From contig LPNZ01010759.1 in the NCBI GenBank assembly GCA_001655205.1, forward strand, positions 1-50,172: DNA of 50,172 bases, in the 5' to 3' direction. The translations under genes and the position numbers were made by a program. Below the pieces are notes generated by a model. That model saw nothing but the letters and a program-made list of their open reading frames with translations, was not told the origin of the DNA and did no database searches. The DNA is from Lenisia limosa (taxonomy: Eukaryota; Protista; Breviatea). Position 1 is the stretch's first letter. Each line of letters opens with the position of its first letter. Below are positions 36,601 to 49,500 of the stretch, one piece after another.

Positions 36601-39600
36601 TAATAAGAAGGAAATTATGCTACCAAATGGAAATTACAATACTTATCAAAGGCCTGGTGATCCGACAAACCTCTTCAACAATATAAAAGCCGATGAAGAG
36701 GATGAACATTGTTTCAGGGAAAATGAAAACGTAATCTCCAATACTCGTGTACCTAGGGGTGAGTTTGAAATGAAAGAAGACCTGAGTGATACTACATGTA
36801 TTCCAACGGAATAGATATTAATAGAGCGAAAGTGATATGTAGTAAAACGTCCCACAAACCTGATAAGACGAACAGTTCGAAAAGTAGAGAAAGGTACAAC
36901 CCCTCCGGTAGCAGGGTACTCGAACGATAGTCTTGGGATAGAAAAGAGGTTTAGTGCAGGATTGTAGATGACAAAGTCTATGAATACGACTCTCGTGTCA
37001 ATTCCAACATAGCCTGAAGCCTGGATTGGTTAGTTGTCCCAATGATTTGATCCACAAAATGATAGTCAAGTCCTGATTCAATCTTCTAAAAGCCCGATTG
37101 AATCAAATACTTAAAGAAAGACAGAGGTACTACTTACCTGCACATCACTCAGTAGGGCTTTGGTTTGGTTGACCTCTGAAAAGTAAAACGAGGACCCACG
37201 ATTCTGGAAAAACACGTATAATGGTGTGAAGGAAAAGACATAAAACCTGTCATGGCTCAATATTCAAGTAAAGAACTCATGCAAAAGAATCAAAACAGTT
37301 CTTGATTGCTTGTATAAAATGAACATATCATATCATATTATATGTACATTTGTACAAATAATGACAACACAAATAATATATACATGTATACTGTTCCATA
37401 CATATCTTGACTACATTGAAATAGCCACCTCCATACCAATAGGGAACGTGACAACATAGCCACCTCCATACCAATAGGGANNNNNNNNNNNNNNNNNNNN
37501 NNNNNNNNNNNNNNNNNNNNNNNNNNNNNNNNNNNNNNNNNNNNNNNNNNNNNNNNNNNNNNNNNNNNNNNNNNNNNNNNNNNNNNNNNNNNNNNNNNNN
37601 NNNNNNNNNNNNAATTCATCTGCTGACTGATACTCAAACCTGAACGGTAAACACACACGACGTTTAAACTCAAGATATACCCGAATATTTTTAAGCAAAT
37701 CATATCAGACAATCATATAGCTAGTTATATCATACACTTGTATGATACTACGAATATGCATATGATATCATATGTTTGCATGTTTACATATCGATATGAT
37801 ACATGTATGTATTAATAAAAATACTAAATGATCTGAAACAAAATAAAAACTACACATAAAAAGACAACTATCACCCCATCAGCTTACTGAATAGCGGAGC
37901 CATAAGTGGTGGTGTTCTCATAGTCAGAGGAGTAGCTGGGGTAACAGTCGGCGATGAGTGATGAAAAGTAGTCTGGTACATCACAATGCATTGCGTTGAC
38001 GCGTAGCTGTTACGTTAGAATGGTGCTGAAAAGATGCGTAAAAAGATAGTTTAGTTGTTTCCATCTGTAAAAGAAAGCTACATCTAACCAAGAAACGAAG
38101 GGATGTCCCATTACATCCTCTTCCAAGATACCCCCCCGACCGTTCGCATTAAGGGAGCGCCGATAGTGGTGTGAATGCCGTAAACGGAGTGTGGACGGTC
38201 TGTGAGAGAGCTTGTGTAGAGGCCTCCAAGAAGAGGGCCGTTTATGAACTGCACGGGGGGTCTTTTAAGCCAGAACAAACCCACAAAAACAACTTTTACG
38301 AGGGTTTGAAACAAGACAACAAACCAAAAGCATCTTGATTAAGCAAATATGGAGCTCGCATCACAAATAATGCATTAGAGATATTTTTTGGGGAGGTGGG
38401 TTGGAATTATGTTCTGGGCGATTACAAGGTGGTTCAAGAGGGGAAATCATCACATATCGAAAGAGAGTGATGTGACCCCCCCCCCCCNNNNNNNNNNNNN
38501 NNNNNNNNNNNNNNNNNNNNNNNNNNNNNNNNNNNNNNNNNNNNNNNNNNNNNNNNNNNNNNNNNNNNNNNNNNNNNNNNNNNNNNNNNNNNNNNNNNNN
38601 NNNNNNNNTTTTTGATGTGTGATGAGGGTAGGGGAAACTCCTCGTGAATAAACAGGTCTACACGATTAGGTTAAGCAGTGAATTCCCTTCTCGAAAACAG
38701 AGCGGCAGGATATGAGCGACATTACCCACCCACACCCACTACACAAGTACATAATTCTACAAACGCTGCATATGCTACATACGCTACATACGATTATACA
38801 TATTACATTAGTATATGATACTACACTGTCTATATATTGAGACGCATTAAGCTGTATGGAAAGTGGGGTGGTTGGGTCCATTAGCAATGTACCGTGGCAA
38901 AGTGGGAACGTTTGTATGTTCTGAGGATGACCCCGCCCCCCGCCCCCCATTACCNNNNNNNNNNNNNNNNNNNNNNNNNNNNNNNNNNNNNNNNNNNNNN
39001 NNNNNNNNNNNNNNNNNNNNNNNNNNNNNNNNNNNNNNNNNNNNNNNNNNNNNNNNNNNNNNNNNNNNNNNNNNNNNNNNNNNNNNNNNNNNNNNNNNNN
39101 NNNNNNNNNNNNNNNNNNNNNNNNNNNNNNNNNNNNAAATGAGCGGTTTATTGGGAGCTTTTAGTTTTGCAATTTTGTGAAATCCAGGTGGCACAATAAA
39201 TAGCAGTTCGGAACGAAGAAATGATATCATTATTATGGCTCACCAATTGAAAAGACAAGGAGGAAAACAATGTAAATGATAGTCTCCTTGAAGGTAGGTG
39301 TCGGAAGCTCAACACGTTTCTTACCTTCTTCGACATCTAAGGGAATGATGGTGCTGATTAACAACCACGATATGGCCGGGTCATTTCCCCCGAAGAAATA
39401 AAACAGGAAGAAGGTCTGAAAACCAATGTACAAAGAAAAGAGTTAAATAATACAAGTTCTTGAGGGTTCTCGAAAGAGGNNNNNNNNNNNNNNNNNNNNN
39501 NNNNNNNNNNNNNNNNNNNNNNNNNNNNNNNNNNNNNNNNNNNNNNNNNNNNNNNNNNNNNNNNNNNNNNNNNNNNNNNNNNNNNNNNNNNNNNNNNNNN

Positions 39601-40320
39601 NNTTCTTTGGGTAAAATACCCCTAGGACGTCGCGAGGACCTAATGCGTAAAGATGTGAAGCTGTATAGTAACATATCGCCTGGGATGCGCGGTAGGTGGA
39701 TCCTAGTTTCAATAGAGACTTTACTGCAAAAATAATGGAGGTGTTTGGTTTAGCAAGATTAGATTTGGGCAAACACAATACTTGATACACTTTGTAGCTC
39801 TTTAAATCAAGTTATGAAACAGAACTGCCATTNNNNNNNNNNNNNNNNNNNNNNNNNNNNNNNNNNNNNNNNNNNNNNNNNNNNNNNNNNNNNNNNNNNN
39901 NNNNNNNNNNNNNNNNNNNNNNNNNNNNNNNNNNNNNNNNNNNNNNNNNNNNNNNNNNNNNNNNNNNNNNNNNNNNNNNNNNNNNNNNNNAAAAAGTTAA
40001 AAGAGAGGCTCATTAGCAGCCCCCATACGCAGCCGAAATAACAGAAAGGGCCGGTGATGCGGCTCTGTTGAAGTTTAGAATCTGAGACGAGCCTTGAACG
40101 TCAGGAAAACGGAGGGGGGTAAGTAAAACGGAGGGGGGTAAGTCAGATATATACCACTGCATATTATTAAACTGGGAAAATGTACCCGCAATAGCTTGAT
40201 CTCTTTTTTTTTTTACCTCCAACCGCCACCATGAACCCATAGACCCCCCTCATACCCGCATGTGAAAGAGCGACCGAGCGCCGTCTTCCTCTGAAAGGCG
40301 TATCCATTGGGCTTGCTCTG
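30678..40320 (-). CDS. PKD2: Polycystin-2 / TRPP cation channel; N-terminal boundary unresolved (between about 39336 and 40320 or beyond)
   Basis: Collinear PKD2 motifs: [14 protein letters not shown] (S1); TOP domain [42 protein letters not shown] and [37 protein letters not shown]; [11 protein letters not shown]; [10 protein letters not shown]; [22 protein letters not shown]; pore MLLGDFD; [12 protein letters not shown]; then EF-hands and a coiled coil. Confidence 0.9.
35614..35657. repeat. 27-bp-period duplication of the branch-point region upstream of the PKD2 pore exon
   Basis: AAATGGATGGTCAATGA at 35614 and 35641. Confidence 0.8.
37421..37480 (-). repeat. 35-bp tandem duplication overlapping a PKD2 exon and its donor
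   Basis: ATAGCCACCTCCATACCAATAGGGA at 37421 and 37456, then N. Confidence 0.85.
40106..40143. repeat. 19-bp perfect tandem duplication
   Basis: AAAACGGAGGGGGGTAAGT x2. Confidence 0.9.
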
Positions 40321-40525
40321 GAGGTAAGTCACGCAAACTTGGAGAAAGGGGTTGGTAGATAAGAATGCGAAATGAGACTTTACAGACGAAAAAAACAACA
40401 ATTATATGTTAAAAATACTCTTGTTGTCACTTGATGAATACACTAAGAAGCTGAAAGAAAGAGACAACCATGAGACACTGACTTTTGTTTAAGCTTCTCC
40501 ACACATCATAAGCGAGTGCGCCGTC

Positions 40526-43500
40526 TTATTCAGGCTCTCCCATCAACGTCTGAGAGAAATAAAAAAAAGAGAAATGAGTCAAACAGCTCTTGGGGGGGGG
40601 GGTGAAGGTGTACGGAAAGTGCGAATAAGGCCTAGTGTATTCAACAATGTTTGCTCGTTCAACAGTCTGGTCTGTTATATACAGAAAACCACAAACAAAA
40701 GGCACATAAAAAGATCTTCTCGACCTGAGAGCAACCCCAACCAAGCGCTCAGCCTCCCTGCATACATTTTGAAGAATATGCTCTGTTAAATTAATCAGAG
40801 AAACCTGGATGTAGGAGTTGAGGTCTTGGCAAGACCGGGTTGCGATCCCTTCCAAGCTTTCTACTATGACAATATCCTCACTATGTCACTATTGTACATT
40901 TCTCTTTCTCTCTCAAGCAAGACGATTACGCGGTGAAAATGGGGAAGGAAAAGCAGCAGGAAAGCAAAGAAGGTGGAAAGACAAAAAGCACATAAAAAAG
41001 GTTAAAAAGTGACGCGGTGTGCTCCAAGAATCCAAGTCATTGCAATTATTGTAGCATCAGTTTTGCCCGTTCCATCATCACCCCTATCAAAGCCTTGATC
41101 AACCTGACAACCTGTCAAATTGATTGTCCGAATGCAGATTGTCCTGCTAATTCCAGTACTATAGTATGTAAAAGAGGGGATGGATAATATATATGACTTC
41201 GACTTCCTGCTGGCAAGTGAGGAGAAATAGTGAACCTCCCAAATGGAATGAAACAAACAAACTAAATTGACATCAGCTCCGAAACCATAACACTACACGT
41301 TCACTCGTCCACCAGTTCAGCGACTGCAACGTTGAGAGACTTCACCGCTTCTTCCGTGCGGTAGAGTTGCTGTGACACCTGGAATGTCAACGAGTTGACC
41401 ATTATGATGGTGTTCGTTACATAGATTTGGAATTGACCTCTGTATTGGGAGATTTAATAATCCCAAAAGATATTGACACTACGCACCTCCTTCAGTCGTG
41501 AGAGGGCCTGGATCTTCTTATCTTTGACATAGGCTTCCGACAACGTTCCGATGACACTGTCGAGGTTGTTGCACATTTCTAGGAGCTGGGGGGGGGGGGT
41601 TAAAGAAANNNNNNNNNNNNNNNNNNNNNNNNNNNNNNNNNNNNNNNNNNNNNNNNNNNNNNNNNNNNNNNNNNNNNNNNNNNNNNNNNTATCAACAAAC
41701 CTTTCGAATTATAGGAAATTAAAAGGGGAGTTTTGATTTTTAATTTAGTGCTTTGAGAAAGGCAACAAAAAGGAAAAAACATGATGTAATAGCTACATGT
41801 AATTCTAACCATTTCCCAAGCAACCACCCACCAGAAACACGACTTGAACGGGGATGGCAGATTGGTCCAAATCGGAGACTCCGGCCCTGAGCTCCTCCAA
41901 TGTCGTTCGTTGGACTTTGCTGATGGTGTGGACTGGGGGGGGGGGTAAAATTGGAGAATTGTGAAANNNNNNNNNNNNNNNNNNNNNNNNNNNNNNNNNN
42001 NNNNNNNNNNNNNNNNNNNNNNNNNNNNNNNNNNNNNNNNNNNNNNNNNNNNNNNNNNNNNNNNNGAGGGAACAAAACAAACAGACCCCAGGCCGTTAAA
42101 TGTACTCTTTTTGAAGATGAGGAATCAAAATCGAGAAACAAAAACCTGATAAAGTACAAAATATAGTGAATGTACTGCCAAGCCAGGTGTGGGAGTAAAC
42201 TCTCGATAACAAAATGATCTTAGGTCATCACAACAAAATAAGGGCGGGGGCAACCCTCACATTTTCGAAGTCCCTCAGCAGTGGGGTGTTGGGAGAATTC
42301 TAAAAGCGTCACAAATGCACTGTTGAAAGCTATACAAATATCTTTATACATATCGTACGGGAACAGTTTCATTACACGCTCAGTATTCTTACTTTGAACA
42401 TCCTTGCTGAGAAGGGAGAGTTTCTTCCACACTGTCGACACTGAATTGGTGAATTCATGGGCCTCAATATTGGAAATGGTTTAATGATTAGTCCATGTTC
42501 CCTAGTCATTTAACTGTTGCACGCCCTCAACGAACTTTCAGGTGTCAGGGCTGGGTGTTGAACCTTTCCATTCAAAATGTCTAAGACACTGAGTTTCTCC
42601 TGCTCGGGTGCCTGTTCGGTGAAAGACGTATCAATATGGATTAGGCATATCAAGGCATTTCAAAACGGATTAGGCCTATCAAAGGCATCAAAGTGAGATA
42701 TATGGATTCAAAAAAGTGTTCCATAGACCCAACCCAGTATATGCCGCTCACCTTGGCCTTGACAGGGGGTGCCTGGGTTGGCGTTGAAGGAGTGGGTGGT
42801 GCATCCTGACAGTGATGAAAAAGAGCTCAAAAACAGACCTCCCCTTCCCCACACACACACGCAGAAAAACATCAGAACCAAACACCCACCGATTTTGACT
42901 TGGGAGCGACAGGCTCGTCATCCTTGCACTCCTCTGCTCCCTCCTGCTTCTTCTTCTTCTTCCTCGACTTCTTCTTCTTCTTCTGCCTTAGGTGGTTCTC
43001 AATAAACTCAGTGTACGCCGTATGCAAGGTGTCCCATTGTGAAGGGATCTTGTTACAGGGGTAAGTAAGCTGGAGAGTTACTTAAACAGATACGTGAAAT
43101 GATAGACAGACAAGCTGCTAATATCGAGCATGTAGCTTGTTGTGAGTGAGTATTTCGGTAACAGTATTTAAATATCACCATTCCATCCCACGTTATCAAA
43201 GGCACGGAGTTGCTGGTAGCAGAGGGGGGGTTGGTGGAGGGTGACGGTATCCGGCATGTCTTTTGCGGATTCTGGGATACGAACGGTTGGGATGGTTCTG
43301 CAGTGTGAGTATACAAAAAACACAACGAAACTGGTTGATTTCCTGTCTCCCATCAGCTCACATGGAGGCAGGGGTGGAGTCCACGTATTTCTTGTAACGG
43401 TTGCGCAGATGAGGGGGATGGCAGGATGGTGGAAGGTCTGAACAGTGACTGATAATACAGTACAATGTAATCATATATTCTTATAGAGATACACACGTGG

Positions 43501-46500
43501 CATGGACAGTGCACTTGGCTGGGGGTGGGGGGATTATAGAGTTGAATATTACAAATGGACATTATACAAAGATCACAATGCCTCCTTCTACCAAGGGCGA
43601 AGATGGTCAATGAAGGCCTACCAAGGGCGTGGAAGATGGTGGCAATGTCATTCGGGCAGAACATAGACGGGAGCACCATAGTGTTAGCAAGGAGAAGAAC
43701 GAACTGCTGCGAGGCGAAAACGGCTGCTTCGTCCGCATCGGGGTTCTCGAGGGCTGAAGGGTGAGAAATTTATGTTGAGTTCGAAAAGATACGAGGAAGA
43801 TAAGTCTTACTATGCGATGAGAGATATTATTTCGCAGGAGAACATATTATTCCCAATTTACCCCCCCCNNNNNNNNNNNNNNNNNNNNNNNNNNNNNNNN
43901 NNNNNNNNNNNNNNNNNNNNNNNNNNNNNNNNNNNNNNNNNNNNNNNNNNNNNNNNNNNNNNNNNNNNNNNNNNNNNNNNNNNNNNNNNNNNNNNNNNNN
44001 NNNNNNNNNNNNNNNNNNNNNNNNNNNNNNNNNNNNNNNNNNNNNNNNNNNNNNNNNNNNNNNNNNNNNNNNNNNNNNNNNNNNNNNNNNNNNNNNNNNN
44101 NNNNNNNNNNNNNNNNNNNNNNNNNNNNNNNNNNNNNNNNNNNNNNNNNNNNNNNNNNNNNNNNNNNNNNNNNNNNNNNNNNNTCAAGAATTGGCTCAAT
44201 ATGAAAGAAAGGTCTAACTAGGGAGGGGAGGAGATTGATCTTTTATGAAGAGCGTGTCACCATCGTAGCACTGGAGAACAGTTCAGCATACCGGACTGCT
44301 CCTTTGAGGGAACAACCATGGTCTCCTTCTTCTTAATGAGCTGCTGCCTCATGCGGGTACGGGCATCTTTGAGGGTGTTTCCTGAGGGTAGAGCGGCACT
44401 CTGCTTGGTCAGTCGTGAACACCCTTAAACACAGTATTATTATTATCAATCTTCATGGTGACAGACAATATTTCGAAGCAGCTTGTCAAAAATGTGCTTA
44501 TGATACCAAAAAGAAGATCCAACGATATAAATATGATATGAATTTGCCGAAATAAGAGTGTACCCCCCCCCCCCCNNNNNNNNNNNNNNNNNNNNNNNNN
44601 NNNNNNNNNNNNNNNNNNNNNNNNNNNNNNNNNNNNNNNNNNNNNNNNNNNNNNNNNNNNNNNNNNNNNNCTGAGCCTAAAGCATTGTGAGAAGTTAATG
44701 GATTAAAGCTGAGCCAAAAGCATTGTGAAAAGATTAAAGATGAGTCTCAGGAATGACTCCAATAATGGACCACAAGTGTGAAACACGAAGCTGGAAGAAT
44801 TCTATGGAATGCAGAAGCGCTGACAACAGGAAGAAATTTCCACAAAGCCAACGTATGATAAACAATGTGTCCATGTATTATGACGACTCAAAAAAACCAC
44901 CAACATTGACAGAAGTGAGGCCCTTGAAAGAGAACACAGGGAGGCCCGGGGGGTTGAAGGGAGTGGGCGTTGGTGAAATGGAGAGCGCATCGTTGAGCCA
45001 GAGCACGCTGGTGGTGGCAGCAGCAAGGTGTGTGGCATACGCGTCTGCGGTGTGAATATGGTGATGTGGATGAGGGTCCAGGAATAATATCTGTTCACTA
45101 TGGTAGGGCCAAAAAGTTGAACATGGGAAATAGTCAATAAGTATAGTTAATACCCCCCCCCCCCACAGCCGAAGTTAGTTGCGGTAATGGGAGTGTCGGG
45201 GGAGAAAGGGTCAGTTGGGTGGTTGTAATCGGGGTACGTGCGAATTTCGTAGCAAAGGCCCACATGGGGCAGGGAGGACCGCGGCTCCAGATCTGAAGAG
45301 TAATTTTGAGGAATTGAGGAGGGAGTTTGGAGATTACAATCGAATTTCAACGTCAAAATCAGTAGAAACGCCCCTCACAGCAAGATCCCTGACGATTGGA
45401 GCAATGGCGCAGTATTCTCAGATGCTGATTCTCCTTAGCCCTCGGGTAGAGAGCCAGCCACACTGCAGACTGCATGCGGTGCACCTGAGGGTTAGTGAGC
45501 GGTTTCTGGGAATGGTGGCAGGAAACCAAGAAGCAAAGGCCTCCAACCCCTCCCAAAAATAAAAAAAAAATCCGTAAACCACATCAAACAAAAAAGGGAT
45601 ATACGTGTAATTGTATCGTGTCAATACCCAAATCCCACTCTAATCATGGTGTTGAGGGGAAGCACGAGGCCGTTGCGATGGTCATGGAGAACGCCATTGG
45701 AGGGCACGTTAAAGTACTGCACAACTGGAATGTCAAATGACGACCACTGATTAAGATGACAAGGAAGGTGATCAAGATAATCACAATCGCACTAATAGGT
45801 CTCTTATTTCCATTTGAACATGAAAAAGAGAAAGCAGAACAACCATGCAAGAACATCAGAGAAGCCCCCCCCCCCCCNNNNNNNNNNNNNNNNNNNNNNN
45901 NNNNNNNNNNNNNNNNNNNNNNNNNNNNNNNNNNNNNNNNNNNNNNNNNNNNNNNNNNNNNNNNNNNNNNNNNNNNNNNNNNAAGGGTGGTTGAGTTTCT
46001 ACGGGGAGGGGTGATGGGAAGATCGGAACAAAAACGAAGAAACCTTGGAAACAATAAACTCAAAGACTTAAGATTCGTACAAGATATTGAATAATCAAGC
46101 TCAGTGTCCCTCTTACTGCGGCCGGCTGCAAAGAACCATGGAGAGAATTTGGCCCGAAGTGATAAGGTGCTGGTAATGTGAGGGGTTAAGCATAAACATT
46201 TTTGAGTTTAGGAATGTATCAGAAGATGCGATAGGTTAGGTCTGTATCTTGTAACAACAATGGTGTGGAAGGGTGGACCCCCCTTCACCTCGATACTTCT
46301 CAGATACGACAGTTCCCTGACCGCCAAGCCGTCAGGGATGAACATCGAGTCCGACGGCGCTACATCCTCATTGACTTCTTCAACCACCTTGCGTGACGAC
46401 ACGTGAGGCCTGTCCCTGCACGGAGGTCAAGAAAATGAGGCAAAAATGTCAAGCCCCTTCAAATATTTGGAATATTAGGGCTGAATTTGATATCATAGAT

Positions 46501-49500
46501 ACAATGAATAAACAGGTCGAAACTCCAAAAGTCAGCCTGGTCCACAAAGCTGTCACTCCCCACTTGGGTATGAAGTAGCGCATATCCCGCATGTCCGTAG
46601 CCTCAAGCATGCCCTTCTTCAGAGAGAAAGGAAGGTCAATTTCGTCGAACACAATTGGCGACCGTTCCAAGAGGCAGAGTAGCTCTGACGTCTCAGAGTT
46701 TGTGAGCCGGTTGAGCGTTTTGGTGTCAACTTTGAGGGCGGTGAAGAACTTCGCAAACACTGGAGGAGAGGGTCAGGAGTTGCTTACATTGGAGAAACAC
46801 GTTAACTTGTTTATGCTTTAACCCAACCATTTGCTTCAAAGTATTTAGCCTGTCAGACAACAAGAAATTGCACAAACTAATCCACAATACGATAATAGTA
46901 AAAACCACACTCAGTCCAGCCTTAACCTCCAGGTCATTATGCTCCTAGATTCAATCGAGGCTTTACTGCCAAACCCAACCGACCGTCCAAGGAGGAAGCG
47001 AGGGCCGACGTCAGAGGGTCCCCCGTGAGGCCCAAATGGCCGCGGTGCGAGGAGAACAGCCCTTGCACCATGTCCAGATGCTGCTCTAGCGAGAGGTGCG
47101 GTCGTAGGCCTGAGGCTCGTAGGGAGGCAACCATCAAACCAATGTACGAAGACAGCAGCGGTGAACTTGTCTTCAGTTTGGTTTGCCTCCTCACTTCTTG
47201 GAAGCAAATGGGACCTGTAGGGTGATGAGCATCTGTGTTTGTGGTAGTAGCATTGTTCACATGACGTTTGCATTTTTAGTTCCCCCCCCCCCCCCNNNNN
47301 NNNNNNNNNNNNNNNNNNNNNNNNNNNNNNNNNNNNNNNNNNCCATCACTGTGCTTGAACTCATGCTTAGCCTCGGCAACGTCGCTCTGAAGGACTATTC
47401 CGTCGTAGAGAGGCTGGCCGATCTTGGTGTCAGGGAAAAGCTTCATAGAGGCGTTTGAAGGAACTATCTGTTCAGTCAGCTTGGCTTCTGTGTAGGGGTG
47501 GAGGGGGGCGGAAAAGCCGTTTTCTGGGAGAACATCCTTTTCAAAATGAGTTGCTAGACTCATGAACTCCTTGAATGTGTGGACTGCGGGCTCCTTATCA
47601 CTGGGCTTGACGGGAGCCTTGACATTCTTAGCGCATTTGCTCGATTGTGCTTCCTTATCATCCTCACCATCAGGGATTGTGAACGTGGCATCTGGATGGT
47701 TCTCAAGGAAGGACACAAGCTCGGCATCCAACTCCTCATTTGCCTCAGTCTCCTGGTCCTGGCTGACGAGGTCATTAAGGCGTGAAAGGAAGACGCCGAA
47801 GAGCTTGATGTCACTGAATCTGTCCATTGACGGCGGGTTTGTCATGGCGTACTGGGCAAGATGGTACGGCATTTGGACCATTTTGGAGTCGTCCTCCTCG
47901 AAGATAGAGCGGCCCTTGCTTTCTGAGGGGTGAGCTAAAGAAACGATTTGACACTTGTAGCTCGTTTATATTTCTACACAAGCGCGAATGAAATCTACGA
48001 TGGTTCTTATTTCTACATAACATATGAAACTACAACAAACACAAATGAAAAGTAGAAAACCAACGATTTCAGCAAATACATTCCCAATATCCTCCAACCT
48101 CTGAAGGCGATTTTGGAGAACGTCGTGGTGATATCGGAGCGCGAACAGTGCGAAAACAGGAGACGCTTGGCCACCAGTCGGTCCAACATCGTTGAGTCCA
48201 TGAGACCAGGGTCGTCTTCTTCTGTAACGCGTCAGAGAAATGCACTGCTTTAGCGACAAAAAGCGGTGATACTGCAGCATAAGCCTGGACCTAGAACATT
48301 CAGCGTACCATCAGGAGTTTGTATTAGTGGCTCCTTTGTCCCGTTGAATGCTGCGGCTTTTCTTCCGATCATGACTCTCGCGTGGCCGTTCAGTGAGTAG
48401 TACAACAGTGCGGGGTCGAAATTGTTAGACGGGAAGTCAGGTTCGAATTCCGAGTGTTTGGAAAGGGACGTGAGGGCCTTGAGTACTCCGGGGGTGTAGA
48501 GGTCAATACAGGGCGCCTGGGGGGGGGTCAATTTCAAATAAAAGGAATATTAACAAATTAAGTTTGAAACATAAAACAAAAGACATCCTAAAAAGCAATA
48601 TGAACAAAAGACATCCTTAGACTCTTGGTCGTACCTGATACTCCATGGCAAGGTTGTGGAAGAATGATGTGTCGTGAAAGCCTGGGGAGATCAGACAGCT
48701 TTCTTTCTTTCAAAATAGGTAAAATATTTTTTTGTGGTTAAGCCTAACCAACACAACAACCCCCTCATAGCCACGGGTTGATCACCCCTCATAGCCACGG
48801 GTTGATCACCCCTCATAGCCNNNNNNNNNNNNNNNNNNNNNNNNNNNNNNNNNNNNNNNNNNNNNNNNNNNNNNNNNNNNNNNNNNNNNNNNNNNNNNNN
48901 NNNNNNNNNNNNNNNNNNNNNNNNNNNNNNNNNNNNNNNNNNNNNNNNNNNNNNNNNNNNNNNNNNNNNNNNNNNNNNNNNNNNNNNNNNNNNNNNNNNN
49001 NNNNNNNNNNNNTTCGAAGGCGTTGAGCGCAACCTTCTCGATATCGGCACACATGACAGAAATGAGAACCTCGGAAAGCGTAGCAGTGAGGCTTGGAATC
49101 ACCTTGAACTTCTCGTTGCCGAAGATCTTCGTGTAATTGTCGCCACACTGGACAGTCAGAAGGAGTAGAGGAGCTTGATACAAGCGATTAAAAAAAAACC
49201 GATGAAATATACACGCTTGGTACTTGGAAGGCAGATGACTGTAATAAAATAATATGAAAATCCCCTTTCTAAAGCGGATAATCTACAATACTATATTATA
49301 TGATGTACTCCTAGCATACAAAGTCCACCATGTGTGTTGTAGAGAACTGCAGCGCTTCAGTCACGACATTCATCATCATCTGGCCGCTGAACAAGTCGCC
49401 GTCCACTACCAGTCGGTCCATATCGCCTTGTGACCCGTCCATCGACCTGCCGCAAATGCCGTTCAAAAGGGTGTCGTCAACACAGCCGCTGCACGTACAC

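Noticed and set aside
40526-40548. In-frame TGA suggesting selenocysteine or a recoded stop
   Set aside because: All confidently phased exons elsewhere follow the standard code and no SECIS was found; a terminal exon or mis-assigned splice site is simpler.
431-49183. Long ORFs in the supplied track that span N runs
   Set aside because: They are open only because N codons cannot be stops; most are intronic or on the wrong strand.
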